Positions 37,537 to 48,332 of a DNA stretch of 64,000 bases are shown piece by piece. Each line of letters opens with the position of its first letter. Within the stretch, counting starts at the first letter, position 1. Location of the stretch: the IMG/VR virus record IMGVR_UViG_3300033997_000136, positions 62,001 through 126,000 of that record; one strand, written 5' to 3'. The position numbers and the translations under genes are program-made. The notes below the pieces were generated by a model. The model made no database searches. It was not told where the DNA came from and was given only the letters and a program-made list of their open reading frames with translations.

Positions 37537-38046
37537 ATGTATTTAAAAGCTTTAATTCAACTCATCATGAACCCATCACTGGTTGGTGTGGGTTCACATA
37601 TTGACAAACTGTGGGAAGTCTATGAGCAGGAAGTTAATCCAAAAGTAAAAGCACCCGGTAGCGTAATGAAACGCTACTTCGAGCAGATTAAAAACCCATC
37701 CGCCATTCATGGTGAGTCTCTGCTTATTTCACATCAGTACATTATGAATGGGGTAAACATTGAAACGTTTCCCTTTTCACAGATGGTGTGTATTGAGCGT
37801 TTAACCGGCGATTTAAATCGATTAGACAATGAGCAGTTAATGGCATTGTGGAATCGTGCTCTTCGTGTGGACGCACGGTATGCAAGTGGTCTGATTAACC
37901 TAGATGGTAAACCATTAACACCACGTACTAACCCGCGTACACACATTCAGTGGATAAACTGGGTGACGGTGAACTGTTCTCGTTTATTTGTTCAAGGTGA
38001 AACAACGATTGATGAATCGTGTTTATTTGTAAAAGTCACTAAGTAA
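37537..38046 (+). CDS. Hypothetical protein
   Basis: Start moved to ATG 37537 (AAGGA RBS). Confidence 0.75.
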   Translation: MYLKALIQLIMNPSLVGVGSHIDKLWEVYEQEVNPKVKAPGSVMKRYFEQIKNPSAIHGESLLISHQYIMNGVNIETFPFSQMVCIERLTGDLNRLDNEQLMALWNRALRVDARYASGLINLDGKPLTPRTNPRTHIQWINWVTVNCSRLFVQGETTIDESCLFVKVTK

Positions 38047-38073
38047 TTCAACCCCTATCTGGAGATATGACCT

Positions 38074-38952
38074 ATGAGTCTTACAGCAGCAGAAGTACAA
38101 GCGTTCCATTCGTATTTAAACTCGGTCGATTGGACGTACAATTACAGCGATGACATTACAGCATGGCGTCGTGGTGAACAGCAACAAACTGAATTAAAAC
38201 AGCAGTGTGAAGAGCACTCGTGGAAACACCGCCATTTTGTGTTATACAAAGCGATGCGGAAGATTCTACAAGATGCGTGGGAAAATGCAGGGTATGGTAA
38301 AAACCACCGTCTGTATTATCGCCAAGCGTATTTAAATATGCAGGCGTTTGTAGATACCGTAGAAGAACTCTACAAAGACGTGTTCTCAGTAGAATTAGCT
38401 CGTTATCAAAAAGAGCGAATTGCTACATGCAGTGATGAAGAGTACACGCAAGTGAGTTCTATTTACTTAGCTTTAACAAAAGAGTTGTATGAGCATCGCG
38501 ATAAACTCAATCTGAGTATATACGAGAACTACGTTGAGCGTCATATGCGTGACTATCTAAAACTGTGGCCTGATGCACGTGCTGATTTAGCACCAACATT
38601 TATGATTGGTGTAAGTATTAACCACGTCGCTTTGCCTATGGAAATTTACGATGCTATTAAACGAGTAACGTTAGATATCCGTAAATTAGGACCTGTGGAA
38701 TCGTTGGATATTCAGTTCCATCACAAAGTGATGCAAACTGTAGACTATCTGTTCTCAGAAGAAGTTCCTGAGTATCGCAAATACTGCGCCAACAATGGTC
38801 GTTGGGGTCCTTGGTTTAGTATTCAACCAAAGTATCTCATTACTAGTTCCATTAGTCGTTCAACTGATTGTGAGTTCAGTAGTAAAGCACAGTTTAAACT
38901 AATGAACTGTTTACCAGCATTCATGGTTGGTAAATTAGGTTTTTATATTTAA
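38074..38952 (+). CDS. Hypothetical protein with N-terminal DW.Y.YSDD..W..G phage motif
   Basis: DWTYNYSDDITAWRRG. Confidence 0.75.
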   Translation: MSLTAAEVQAFHSYLNSVDWTYNYSDDITAWRRGEQQQTELKQQCEEHSWKHRHFVLYKAMRKILQDAWENAGYGKNHRLYYRQAYLNMQAFVDTVEELYKDVFSVELARYQKERIATCSDEEYTQVSSIYLALTKELYEHRDKLNLSIYENYVERHMRDYLKLWPDARADLAPTFMIGVSINHVALPMEIYDAIKRVTLDIRKLGPVESLDIQFHHKVMQTVDYLFSEEVPEYRKYCANNGRWGPWFSIQPKYLITSSISRSTDCEFSSKAQFKLMNCLPAFMVGKLGFYI

Positions 38953-38954
38953 TG

Positions 38955-38976
38955 AGAGGGAGCAATTGCTCCCTCT
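38955..38976 (+). terminator. GC-apex hairpin terminator
   Basis: AGAGGGAGCA-AT-TGCTCCCTCT plus T-run. Confidence 0.8.
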
Positions 38977-39006
38977 TTTATTCCGTCTTATTACGAGGTA
39001 AGTTTT

Positions 39007-39984
39007 ATGTACCATTTAATTATTAACTTAAGTTTTCGAGAAAAAATAGTACAACACCCATTAAACAACACCCCAACGCTTACGTTAGAAGACAGCATCA
39101 CTGTTCCGTTACTGGTAGACCCGTACAGTATTGTCAGTGGTATCGAATTGATTAAACGTGCTGTAGCAGAACATTTTGAGTGCAGAGAAGGTATGAACCC
39201 AACGGGTCTTTTCGCATCAATAGCTCAACGTGTACCTACGAATGCAATAGGTGCTGCACGCGTGTATTGGAAACAACTGCGTAGTATTTGTAACGAACTC
39301 AACGAAGTGATAGGTGAAGGGTATTTACCTACATGGCACGAAGTCATTGAAGTGAGTAATTTACAATGCGGCGTCCAGTTTATGGTTGTAAGACATGGTG
39401 ATATTATCAATGACTTCACAAGCAATACTGGTTTTATTAACTTACAAGCCGCGATAAACGCAAATTCTGAACTGTGGATGAAAGATGGGTTAACAATGTC
39501 TGTTATTCCACCAGCTCGTGACATGGTTCTTATTTTTAATAACAAAGAACAGATGGATACGTTTGTTCACGTTATTAAATTAATGGCACCATTTAACAAA
39601 GTACAAGTTATCATCCGTAACGCAGAAGGTACTGCACTTACTGCACCGGCAGTTGTGAATCACCCAAGTGTTTACATTCGCGCTGGTTGTATTGACAATG
39701 ATAAAGATGTTAACGAGTTAGCGGGTTTTACTGAGAATCTTGAACTTAACGAACATCAATTAGAATCAGGTGTTCGTGTGTACTTTAGTTCTGAAGTAAA
39801 AGATGCTGTTGATATTGTTTCTAACTTAGAATACGCAATTGGTTTTGTGCTTTCTGAGAATAACTATCATGGCGATACATATCGTCGGGTTGTGACAAAG
39901 GAATCATATCCACTTACACGTCGCAACTCATCGTTACGCCCACATCGTTTACCATTAGAACTTTTTAGTCGTGGGTTCCAATAA
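39007..39984 (+). CDS. Hypothetical protein
   Basis: 325-aa ORF, GAGG RBS. Confidence 0.8.
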   Translation: MYHLIINLSFREKIVQHPLNNTPTLTLEDSITVPLLVDPYSIVSGIELIKRAVAEHFECREGMNPTGLFASIAQRVPTNAIGAARVYWKQLRSICNELNEVIGEGYLPTWHEVIEVSNLQCGVQFMVVRHGDIINDFTSNTGFINLQAAINANSELWMKDGLTMSVIPPARDMVLIFNNKEQMDTFVHVIKLMAPFNKVQVIIRNAEGTALTAPAVVNHPSVYIRAGCIDNDKDVNELAGFTENLELNEHQLESGVRVYFSSEVKDAVDIVSNLEYAIGFVLSENNYHGDTYRRVVTKESYPLTRRNSSLRPHRLPLELFSRGFQ

Positions 39985-40003
39985 ACTGATTCAAAAACAA
40001 GTT

Positions 40004-40023
40004 AGACCTATATCACTAATGTG
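40004..40023 (+). promoter_or_regulatory. Early promoter motif
   Basis: AGACC-TATATCAC-TAATG-TG followed by a 5' hairpin ACCCTCG/CGAGGGT. Confidence 0.7.
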
Positions 40024-40090
40024 ACCCTCGCGTTGGAAATCTATCCGAGGGTTATTCACTTATCTTTAATTACTGTAAAAGGAAATCATC

Positions 40091-40891
40091 ATGAATGGTT
40101 CAGAAATGTTAGAGAAGTTACACGCTCGTTGTGAAAACAAAATTGACTTCAAGTCAGAATGGGAAAATGGCACTGGGTATTTAGATGGTGCTGTCCACAT
40201 GCAGTTGAAAGGTGCTGACGGTACAGTGTATGCATCTGTTGATGATCATCAGCGTAAAATCATTTTAGTCAAAACCTGTTTTGGTAACGTCGTTGTATTT
40301 CAACGTTATAAAGATGGAGCACATGGCGCAGTCGTAGGTAATGTACCTAGTGAGTTACGTACGTGGTTACCGACCGGTGCATGGTCTGCTGATGCGTTAG
40401 AGATGAACACCAATACGTATCAAGAACCAAGTCTCAATATCGGTATACGTTTAAATGTATTACGTAGAGATTTTGACCGTATCGGATACAAAACGTTACA
40501 GACGGTTAACGGTACACCAATGAAAAAGGTGATGGTATTGTTAGGTAACTCAACAGACACCGACGGCATCACTATCTCTGAAGGTATTGTCGTTCGAGAA
40601 GACAAAAATGGGCATTCATTTGCCATTGCATTACCTTACGGCGTGTGCATTGCTACAAACATCGTGGAAAAAGTAAACGAAACAGACGAGTATTATTATT
40701 CTACTTCGTCGTTACCGTTAAGTGCGACTAATTTAAAATATCGCACTGCTATTGAAAACATGTATGGTGTTCCGTATAGTGATGAATTACTTTTAGCTAT
40801 GCGTAGTGTCAAAACGTTAAAGACATTCATTCGCTCTAAACAAGAAGCGATGAAGTACATTTCTGAACGTTGTGAGTTTATAAACGATTAA
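40091..40891 (+). CDS. Hypothetical protein (related to 49884)
   Basis: T.F.N.VV.Q and VP.EL...LP...W motifs shared. Confidence 0.75.
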   Translation: MNGSEMLEKLHARCENKIDFKSEWENGTGYLDGAVHMQLKGADGTVYASVDDHQRKIILVKTCFGNVVVFQRYKDGAHGAVVGNVPSELRTWLPTGAWSADALEMNTNTYQEPSLNIGIRLNVLRRDFDRIGYKTLQTVNGTPMKKVMVLLGNSTDTDGITISEGIVVREDKNGHSFAIALPYGVCIATNIVEKVNETDEYYYSTSSLPLSATNLKYRTAIENMYGVPYSDELLLAMRSVKTLKTFIRSKQEAMKYISERCEFIND

Positions 40892-40904
40892 TCGCTTGTA
40901 ACAG

Positions 40905-40930
40905 ATAAGGAGAGGTATACCTCTCCTTAT
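40905..40930 (+). terminator. Palindromic hairpin terminator
   Basis: ATAAGGAGAGG-TATA-CCTCTCCTTAT plus T-run. Confidence 0.85.
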
Positions 40931-40962
40931 TTTTTTATCTCTATTATAAAAAGGAAAATGCC

Positions 40963-41397
40963 ATGTCTGGTATTGCTTTAAACAAACAATTGTTGATGAT
41001 TTTAAACAAAGTCAATGGTTATGAAAAATTACCTCTGTCTGAACACTTTGGTAGTCGTATGCAACGTACCATTTACATTAAAGGTGAAGGCGAAACGACG
41101 ATTGCTGTAATAGATTCAATTGTAGTGGGTGATTGGGCATTAATTTCTACACGCTACATCACTCACCCTGTTGACTCTTACTTAATTGTGGCGGTGAGTA
41201 GAGCAGAAATGTATCGTCGAATGGCATGTATTTCTGAATTTGATGCACCTCTTTATGTCACAGAAGAAGTAGCTAGACATGTGTTAAAACAAGTGACTTA
41301 TTCAGCATCGCAAAGTTTATGTTGGAGAATCGGTGAGTATGATTCATGTAAAACAACCGATGTGTTTTTAGAATTAATGTTAAGGGGAATCAAATGA
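40963..41397 (+). CDS. Hypothetical protein (paralogue of 46493)
   Basis: QL..IL....G...LP.....G...Q.T.Y...VVGD shared. Confidence 0.75.
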   Translation: MSGIALNKQLLMILNKVNGYEKLPLSEHFGSRMQRTIYIKGEGETTIAVIDSIVVGDWALISTRYITHPVDSYLIVAVSRAEMYRRMACISEFDAPLYVTEEVARHVLKQVTYSASQSLCWRIGEYDSCKTTDVFLELMLRGIK

Positions 41398-42062
41398 CAA
41401 CGACTGGTTGGTGGATAGTTATATTCATTTGTGTACTTGTTATTGCTGTAGACGCTACACGTTCACTACGGAAGATGCACAAGCGTCAAATTGAACGAAT
41501 TGAACGCAACGCACAAATTCATTTAGAGCAATCTGTGTTTAATGACCTACTTCCTCAACTGAACACGTTTATTGTAAACTGGATACATTCTTTTGAACGA
41601 ATATCTGGTATGGCACCTAATCTGAAAGAGAGATTAGCGGCGTTAGATGAGGCAATCCCGGACAAGATTCCGCACTTCTGGTTTGTCCGAGACACTGGTA
41701 TTGAACTGGAAGATTCATTTAAACTATCGGTAAAGATGGATGATGACGGCATTGAACCAGATACGTTTAAACAGCAGTTGAATCAAAAACAAACTGATGT
41801 GAACACGCTGCGTGCTGACTTTGTTTTAACAACGCTGTCAAAGGTTACAGAAGACCGTTTACTTGGGTTTGATTTGTATCCTATTTTAGAGTTGATGTTT
41901 AACTTAGTGCATCGTGTAGGTGGCTCTATACACGATGTGTACCCAGTGTACAACGATGGTCCGTTAGATGGCTTTGCGTTAAGAACAAAACACCATGTTG
42001 TTTATTTAACAGGTGTTTATCCTACCGATAAAGAATTTAAATTAAAAGGAATTGTATCGTGA
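41394..42062 (+). CDS. Membrane-anchored hypothetical protein
   Basis: N-terminal TM; resembles 45273 and 47601. Confidence 0.7.
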   Translation: MTTTGWWIVIFICVLVIAVDATRSLRKMHKRQIERIERNAQIHLEQSVFNDLLPQLNTFIVNWIHSFERISGMAPNLKERLAALDEAIPDKIPHFWFVRDTGIELEDSFKLSVKMDDDGIEPDTFKQQLNQKQTDVNTLRADFVLTTLSKVTEDRLLGFDLYPILELMFNLVHRVGGSIHDVYPVYNDGPLDGFALRTKHHVVYLTGVYPTDKEFKLKGIVS

Positions 42063-42577
42063 GAACAGTTTCAATTAAATGGGGTGGAAATATGGATGCT
42101 AATCAAGTTCATCCGTCAGGGTTATTAACTGAAGAACAAAAGGATAAGTTAAACGAACTAATGACATATGGCGTACCTTCATTGGTAAGTTATGCAGGTG
42201 TGTTCTTTGCAGTAATGGATGAAGGTGAAGTGGAGGAGGAAGTAGTTACGTTTCCACTAGAGATGCTTTCTGGTACAACTGAAGCATTTACTCGTGTGTT
42301 ACGTGTTATCACACCACATGTCGATGACCGAATTCCTGCGGGTGGTATTTCTATTAACGTTGTTGTATCTATAGACGGTATCTCTGAAGCCAGCGTATTT
42401 GATTTATGGTACGTGGGTCGTCAACTGATGATACCTCAGCGAGTATTGACTGAAGTTCAAAATCACATGTACGCAAGCGCGAATGCGCTGGATGAACAAC
42501 TGATTCAACAATTGTTAACCTCGGATTATAAAACAATTATTGGTGATAGTAATCCGTTTATTCACGTAAAGCTGTAA
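42059..42577 (+). CDS. Hypothetical protein
   Basis: Coupled ORF. Confidence 0.7.
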   Translation: MRTVSIKWGGNMDANQVHPSGLLTEEQKDKLNELMTYGVPSLVSYAGVFFAVMDEGEVEEEVVTFPLEMLSGTTEAFTRVLRVITPHVDDRIPAGGISINVVVSIDGISEASVFDLWYVGRQLMIPQRVLTEVQNHMYASANALDEQLIQQLLTSDYKTIIGDSNPFIHVKL

Positions 42578-42635
42578 CTACGCTACAACAAGGGAAGAAA
42601 TGTCTCTTCCCTTTACTCTCTATAAGGAGAACCTT

Positions 42636-43886
42636 ATGTCAGATTCTAAAAAACCGCCAGTTAAAATCAATTTACCACAACCTGAAGTCACTACGTTAAA
42701 TGCATATCGTCCTAATCCAGTGCGTGACAATGCAGATAATGAATTGCGGTCTGAATTGTACAGTCGCTTCTTATTGCCTGGTGAGACGTTAGAAGAATGT
42801 GAAGCACGCATGAATAAAGATTTGCGTGAATCGCGTAAAGCATCCCTACGCTTACTTTCGGAAAAAAGTGGGATGGTCAAGCCGGGTGTCTTCAGAAAGC
42901 GAAAAGTCAAAGAACGGTCACAAGTTGCAGGTAGTGTAACAATGAAGTTCTTACTGGACAATGGGTTTACTCAGGAGAAACCATTAAACATTGTACTGTC
43001 AAGAATAGACCAAGTTGTAGCACAAGGTCGGTTACACATCATTGTTTCACCTACTGCTAAAGATGGATACAGAACAGTAGTCACTCGTTCTGAACCATGT
43101 CTAGTTGATACATTTGGTGTTTATTTTATTTTGATGCCTGTAAATGTGGAAAATGATAGCGTAAGCTGTCAACAGTCTAACGTTTTGGATGACTTGGTTC
43201 GCAGTCACACTGTACCTGAAGACCAAGCATTTGACGTGATAGTTATACCAATGCACTTACCACTACGTGCTTATAAATCATTAAGTGGTCCAAACAAAGA
43301 TATGGATAACTGGGTGCAAGAAATGGATGCGCTTATTGAACAAGATGTATTATCTCGCGCACGACATTGTTCTGCATGGGAAGAGGTTCGAAACAAACCA
43401 AACTACCCAGAAGAGTTACAGGACAGTGTTAGTCTGGCTAGTGATGACTTTGTTGAAGGGATGGAAATCGTGGGACAACCTACCAATAGAGATTTGTTGT
43501 TTGGTTCACAAGCAGATAAAATGTACGTACCCGAGTTGGTGGAACGTATAAAAGAATCTTGCAAAGACAAACCGGTTGTTGTAGTTACACCACGTCGCCC
43601 AAGATTTCCTTCGTTCTTTGCAGGAAATGTTGCAATGGATAGCGAAGCGGATGTTGTATTCTCCATAAGCAACACTGTGTTTAGTGGTGATACGCATTTA
43701 GCGATACATCAACCTAAGAAACGTCCAGAAGGTATCTCTGGTGTTCAATTAAAACAAACACCTAAACGTGTGTTTGTGCAATTAGGAAATGGTGCTGTGT
43801 ATTTTGCAGCAAATCATCAACATGCTGAAGAGGTACATCGCGTCATTATTGATGCAGTTAAGCCTATTCGAAACAGTAAGTCGTAG
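42636..43886 (+). CDS. Hypothetical protein
   Basis: Start moved to ATG 42636 (AAGGAG); C-terminal HQHAE motif shared with 44778. Confidence 0.75.
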   Translation: MSDSKKPPVKINLPQPEVTTLNAYRPNPVRDNADNELRSELYSRFLLPGETLEECEARMNKDLRESRKASLRLLSEKSGMVKPGVFRKRKVKERSQVAGSVTMKFLLDNGFTQEKPLNIVLSRIDQVVAQGRLHIIVSPTAKDGYRTVVTRSEPCLVDTFGVYFILMPVNVENDSVSCQQSNVLDDLVRSHTVPEDQAFDVIVIPMHLPLRAYKSLSGPNKDMDNWVQEMDALIEQDVLSRARHCSAWEEVRNKPNYPEELQDSVSLASDDFVEGMEIVGQPTNRDLLFGSQADKMYVPELVERIKESCKDKPVVVVTPRRPRFPSFFAGNVAMDSEADVVFSISNTVFSGDTHLAIHQPKKRPEGISGVQLKQTPKRVFVQLGNGAVYFAANHQHAEEVHRVIIDAVKPIRNSKS

Positions 43887-43898
43887 GAGAACATTCTC

Positions 43899-44135
43899 AT
43901 GAATGAAGTTACTAAGTTTTTAGAACAACAAGTAGAAGCACGGCGCAAAGCAAAGAAACAACTGCTTCAACAACCTAAGTGTAGTGTTATCACGATTCAA
44001 AACGATACACGTCCTTGGAAAGCGTGGGGTGAAGATATTTCAGCTAACGTGGTCTCTATTTTGGGTGATGGTACGATTCGTCGTTACACGTCTCACCAAT
44101 CAGCAGAGATAGGGAATAAACTGAGCAGACAATAA
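43899..44135 (+). CDS. Hypothetical protein
   Basis: AGGAG RBS. Confidence 0.65.
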   Translation: MNEVTKFLEQQVEARRKAKKQLLQQPKCSVITIQNDTRPWKAWGEDISANVVSILGDGTIRRYTSHQSAEIGNKLSRQ

Positions 44136-44164
44136 CGTCTGCTCGATTATTGTGAGGATGTCGT

Positions 44165-44503
44165 ATGTTTAAAAAGTGGAATGAACGCCGTAAACTCTGT
44201 AAGTTAGTTGAGATGTATAATGCAAGACTACCTTCAGGTCGTCGTGCTCCTGAACTGGTGCTAAAAACAGTGAATGAAAATACGCTTACAGGAACTTCGA
44301 TGTTTAGTATTGATGTCGTCAATTTCATTCAGAAAGCATTACATAATGCGCAGGTCACAAACACAGTGACTGAAGCACACATTGCACTAGAGAAACAAAC
44401 AAAGCGTTGGTTCTTTAGACCTGCAGCGGATGCTGGACATTGGAATGTATTTATTTATCATTTCAAATACCACGTTGTTGAACTGTTTGTTAGCTTAGAC
44501 TAA
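44165..44503 (+). CDS. Hypothetical protein
   Basis: GAGG RBS. Confidence 0.7.
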   Translation: MFKKWNERRKLCKLVEMYNARLPSGRRAPELVLKTVNENTLTGTSMFSIDVVNFIQKALHNAQVTNTVTEAHIALEKQTKRWFFRPAADAGHWNVFIYHFKYHVVELFVSLD

Positions 44504-44512
44504 GGAGGTGAT

Positions 44513-44785
44513 GTGGACAGTGCATTTAAAATAAAACTTCAACAGATAATCGGTTCTAACGCTCGTTTGAGTATTGTAACTGATTCTGTAGGTTCTGTGA
44601 AAGTAACTGTGAAGCGAAAGCTTAAACAGTTACCTAAAACACAAATGGTAGAAAAGGTTTTAACTGAAGCCAATCCGTGGTTTGATGGTGATGTGTTAAA
44701 CACATTAAAGTTTCAAGACGCGTACGTATTTACCGTCCCTAGTTTATTAATTCAACAATCTGTAGGAGTAGATTATCGTGGTTAA
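44513..44785 (+). CDS. Hypothetical protein
   Basis: AAGGAGGT RBS. Confidence 0.7.
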   Translation: MDSAFKIKLQQIIGSNARLSIVTDSVGSVKVTVKRKLKQLPKTQMVEKVLTEANPWFDGDVLNTLKFQDAYVFTVPSLLIQQSVGVDYRG

Positions 44786-45257
44786 AATTCAAAACTCTGG
44801 TGTTTATGGTCAACACGTAACACCGCGTGGTATCACTGAAGAAATGGCTGATGAATTTAACAGTAAGGTTCTAAAGACATTTGGTTTACCGCAAACCATC
44901 CTTAAATCAAAGAACCACCCTGACATCATCAATCAAGCAGCACATGTTCATTATGTGCCTGACACTGAAGTTAATTATTCAAATTCAGTGGCTCGTTTGC
45001 AGGCTAAATTCTTGTTAACCAAAATCAAGAACTTTAATCCAGCAAATCCATCCTTTATGTTGTTAGCACAACGCGCTGGTCCTATCTGCGTTCGTTTAAG
45101 TTGTGGTATCACGTATCGTGTGTTTTCGCATCAACACGCAGAACGTTTACGGCGGTTGAACTACATACCTAATAAGAACGTGAATCAAGCTTCGCTTGAT
45201 GACATGATACTTTCATTGGGCGTTGATTTATTCAATCCACCCAATACCCCTTGTTAA
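44778..45257 (+). CDS. Hypothetical protein
   Basis: AGGAG RBS; HQHAE motif. Confidence 0.7.
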   Translation: MVKIQNSGVYGQHVTPRGITEEMADEFNSKVLKTFGLPQTILKSKNHPDIINQAAHVHYVPDTEVNYSNSVARLQAKFLLTKIKNFNPANPSFMLLAQRAGPICVRLSCGITYRVFSHQHAERLRRLNYIPNKNVNQASLDDMILSLGVDLFNPPNTPC

Positions 45258-45272
45258 CTGGAGATAAATAAG

Positions 45273-45857
45273 ATGGATAACGTGTTTTTGTTTGGTACTT
45301 TATTGATAGTTGGATTTGTAATTGGTGTAGCGACTGGCTTGCCTCTTGTGTACAAATACATTCAACATAAGCAAGGTATCGCAGGTACTGAAGAGGAAGT
45401 GATTACTGTGGAAAAGTTTGAAGCAGAACCTGTTGTCGATGCTGGTTTTGAAGTAGAACTTAAAACCATTGGTCCACTTTTTGTTAAGCTGTGGAAGTGC
45501 ATTGTACAAAAAGAAGCCATGTTAGGTTCAAAGTTAGAGAAGCACTATCGACGTTTTGTTGTGCGAGGTGTTGAACTTAACGAACATCCAAAAGATGATA
45601 AATACAATTGCACTTCATGTACTGAAGCGTTTGCGATGGATTATCTTTCAGAACAATCGTTGATACTTCATGCGATGCCTCTTGACTATTGTGAAGATTT
45701 CTTAAAGTACGTCACCAGAGATGTGTTTGAACGATTGGGTATTGACCGGACTATGTATCCTAGTCGCTGGTTTATCTTAAGCTACAAAGACATTGATACA
45801 CGTATTGTGGGTGTACGGATGCGCACAGCGAATGTGTGTATTGACTACATAGCGTGA
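45273..45857 (+). CDS. Membrane-anchored hypothetical protein
   Basis: N-terminal TM. Confidence 0.7.
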   Translation: MDNVFLFGTLLIVGFVIGVATGLPLVYKYIQHKQGIAGTEEEVITVEKFEAEPVVDAGFEVELKTIGPLFVKLWKCIVQKEAMLGSKLEKHYRRFVVRGVELNEHPKDDKYNCTSCTEAFAMDYLSEQSLILHAMPLDYCEDFLKYVTRDVFERLGIDRTMYPSRWFILSYKDIDTRIVGVRMRTANVCIDYIA

Positions 45858-45864
45858 GGTCAGT

Positions 45865-46479
45865 ATGTCAGCATCAGTGACAAGTCACTTCACGTACCAC
45901 AGCCTCGAAAAGGTCAAAGTGCGAACAGCGTTGACTGCGGAACAAGTGGCATGGATACTCCACTACAGACTTGCATTAAAGCTCGGTACAGATGTAGGTA
46001 CTGTAAAGATGCGTTTTCTATTATGGTCACCGGTTGATAATGACTACTTTGTGATTTTACAAGACACCTTAAACGGTGATGTGATTACGCTGTTACCTAT
46101 CGAGTACCATGAAAATCTAGCGTATAAAATTGACGATGTTAAACGCGAATACGCAAAGCGGTTACTTCCGTCAATGGAAGTGTTAGATTATTGGATGTTA
46201 ACGCAGGAGCAACAAAGTAAGCCTAGTAACTTCTTTGTAAATGTCTTGTACACCAATAGTGAAGGGTTAGCTAAAGCAAAACAATTGTTTAGTTGTCCAA
46301 TCACTGACCAGTGTTCAACCATCGATGAGTTAATAAAACACGGCTTATCTAAAAAAGATGTAGAACGTGCTATCGCCTCACTTGAAATAGACCCTAGTTC
46401 AGTCACTGGTCTATCTGTTCGAATGGGTCGAAAAGGAAATCCACTGTATCAGCCACTGTCGGCAATACAAACCAAATAG
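45865..46479 (+). CDS. Hypothetical protein, N-terminal half possibly a BECR/RelE-like RNase fold
   Basis: FTYHSLEKVKVR ... YFVILQD...VITLLP pattern. Confidence 0.4.
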   Translation: MSASVTSHFTYHSLEKVKVRTALTAEQVAWILHYRLALKLGTDVGTVKMRFLLWSPVDNDYFVILQDTLNGDVITLLPIEYHENLAYKIDDVKREYAKRLLPSMEVLDYWMLTQEQQSKPSNFFVNVLYTNSEGLAKAKQLFSCPITDQCSTIDELIKHGLSKKDVERAIASLEIDPSSVTGLSVRMGRKGNPLYQPLSAIQTK

Positions 46480-46492
46480 AAGGTAAAACGTT

Positions 46493-46906
46493 ATGACTAT
46501 TTTAGAACAACTAATGATTATCCTTGCTCAACTGCCTGGACATAAAACTTTACCTATTTATAACAAAATAGGTGCTATTCATCAATCTACTGTCTATGTC
46601 CCAGATACAACAATTGGAACTGAAGTTTTACTTGTAACCGCATGTGTTGTGGGTGACGCCAGTGTGTTCTGGATTCATGATGTGAAAATGAAAACACCAA
46701 ACATGTTGTTAGGTATTGGTAAACGCGAAGACTTTTATACAGTCGTTAAAGCGTTTCCTTCACTAGGTCAAGTATTGATTCGAACGAATGACGAGATTGA
46801 AACAATACTTGCAGAACTTAGTAAAGTGTATCACTCTGGAATGACAACAAAAGTAGGTTTGACCACACAAAGTGTCACTGACGAATTTTTAGCTCTTTTT
46901 CAATAA
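46493..46906 (+). CDS. Hypothetical protein (paralogue of 40963)
   Basis: Shared motifs. Confidence 0.75.
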   Translation: MTILEQLMIILAQLPGHKTLPIYNKIGAIHQSTVYVPDTTIGTEVLLVTACVVGDASVFWIHDVKMKTPNMLLGIGKREDFYTVVKAFPSLGQVLIRTNDEIETILAELSKVYHSGMTTKVGLTTQSVTDEFLALFQ

Positions 46907-46917
46907 GGATAGTCGAT

Positions 46918-47517
46918 ATGTTAAATAAATTAAAACTACCTAGTTTTAAACTTTCCAACGGCAATACGCACGTTACGTTACACATGCCACTTATTCCAAA
47001 TACAGCCAATTGGGACGTAGATGGAGACATTGACTCAACAGATGGTCGTGCAGTGTACTACGACGACAAACAACAATCGTGGGTGAAAGTATACGGCGGT
47101 GAGTTGTTTAGTGAAACAGCTTTGAATGACCAGGCTGTAGTAAAATGGGTAGGTAACACAGAACCACGGATGTTAACCTTCAGCGACCGTTACAGTTGCT
47201 TATCTCCAGACAATGGTTTTATTACGTTAATTACGTGCGAAAATTCATCAGTTAATTTAAATCAATTAGAAGATGATTTAACGTACAAATACACGTTTCA
47301 TGATGCGTCTAAACATCTACTAAATCAACTTGAACGGAAGAATGTGCAATTTGGTTCTGGTGAGACTTTGCAAGAATCGGTGCAACATGCAGTCTACATG
47401 TATTCTGCAATCGCATTAAAGTACGTATTCCCGTTAAACTACACTGATGATTTGGTGTACATGTTCTTAAATGAATATGCGCAAAAACTAAACAGCGGTA
47501 TAGAGTCTGATGTTTGA
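46918..47517 (+). CDS. Hypothetical protein
   Basis: AAGGA RBS. Confidence 0.7.
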   Translation: MLNKLKLPSFKLSNGNTHVTLHMPLIPNTANWDVDGDIDSTDGRAVYYDDKQQSWVKVYGGELFSETALNDQAVVKWVGNTEPRMLTFSDRYSCLSPDNGFITLITCENSSVNLNQLEDDLTYKYTFHDASKHLLNQLERKNVQFGSGETLQESVQHAVYMYSAIALKYVFPLNYTDDLVYMFLNEYAQKLNSGIESDV

Positions 47518-47600
47518 ACTAGGGGTTTATACTCCTTAATCAATCCAAAGTAAATAACAACATGGGGATGAGTATTTATTCATTCCCAAGGGAGTGTGTT

Positions 47601-48314
47601 ATGAATGGACAGGTGAATGAACTTGTTGTGGGAATCATAGGTGCTATTGTTGTTTTGTTTATGATTGTTGCTATTGTATCAATCATTCGACAAAGAGACG
47701 CAGCTAGTCGGATGGCGGTGTTGCATCAAGAGAAGCTGTTAAAGCAGAGATTGCGTAAAGAGGAACATCTTCGTTTTGAACCGTTTGTTCGTGATTTTAA
47801 CGAACGTATACGTAAACATCTCGATGGGATGGTGACTCAAAATGCGTTATCAGGATGGATTGAACCCCATCCTCGTTTCTTGTTGCTTGAAAAACATATT
47901 CCAATTGTAGATGTACTTAATAACGTTTACTACGGAGTGTGGAGTTCTTACTCTCTGAAGTGGTTCTCTACCGATTACATTGAAGATGCTAAATTGTTAG
48001 ACAATGAAAACTCATTACATACCTACGTTAATCAGGTTGTTTCTAGAGATAGGAACTCAGATGACCAATGGACAGTGGATAAGTGTGATGCTATTATTCT
48101 ACATTTAGCAAAACAATGCATACTCAAGTATCGTGTGTTAGACCCTTCCACTTACTTTAATGAGCTACAAGAAGCTGCAAGACGAACAACGCTGGATAAT
48201 CGTTACCCAGTTCAGGTTATCACTGGGCAGACGAAAGATGTCCCTTCTCAACACTACATACGTGGTATTGTGCTTCACCTCACCTATCACAAATTAGTGT
48301 TCTTAATTGACTAA
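47601..48314 (+). CDS. Membrane-anchored hypothetical protein
   Basis: Start moved to ATG 47601 (GGGAG); N-terminal TM. Confidence 0.7.
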   Translation: MNGQVNELVVGIIGAIVVLFMIVAIVSIIRQRDAASRMAVLHQEKLLKQRLRKEEHLRFEPFVRDFNERIRKHLDGMVTQNALSGWIEPHPRFLLLEKHIPIVDVLNNVYYGVWSSYSLKWFSTDYIEDAKLLDNENSLHTYVNQVVSRDRNSDDQWTVDKCDAIILHLAKQCILKYRVLDPSTYFNELQEAARRTTLDNRYPVQVITGQTKDVPSQHYIRGIVLHLTYHKLVFLID

Positions 48315-48332
48315 GGTATATTTGGAGTTTTT

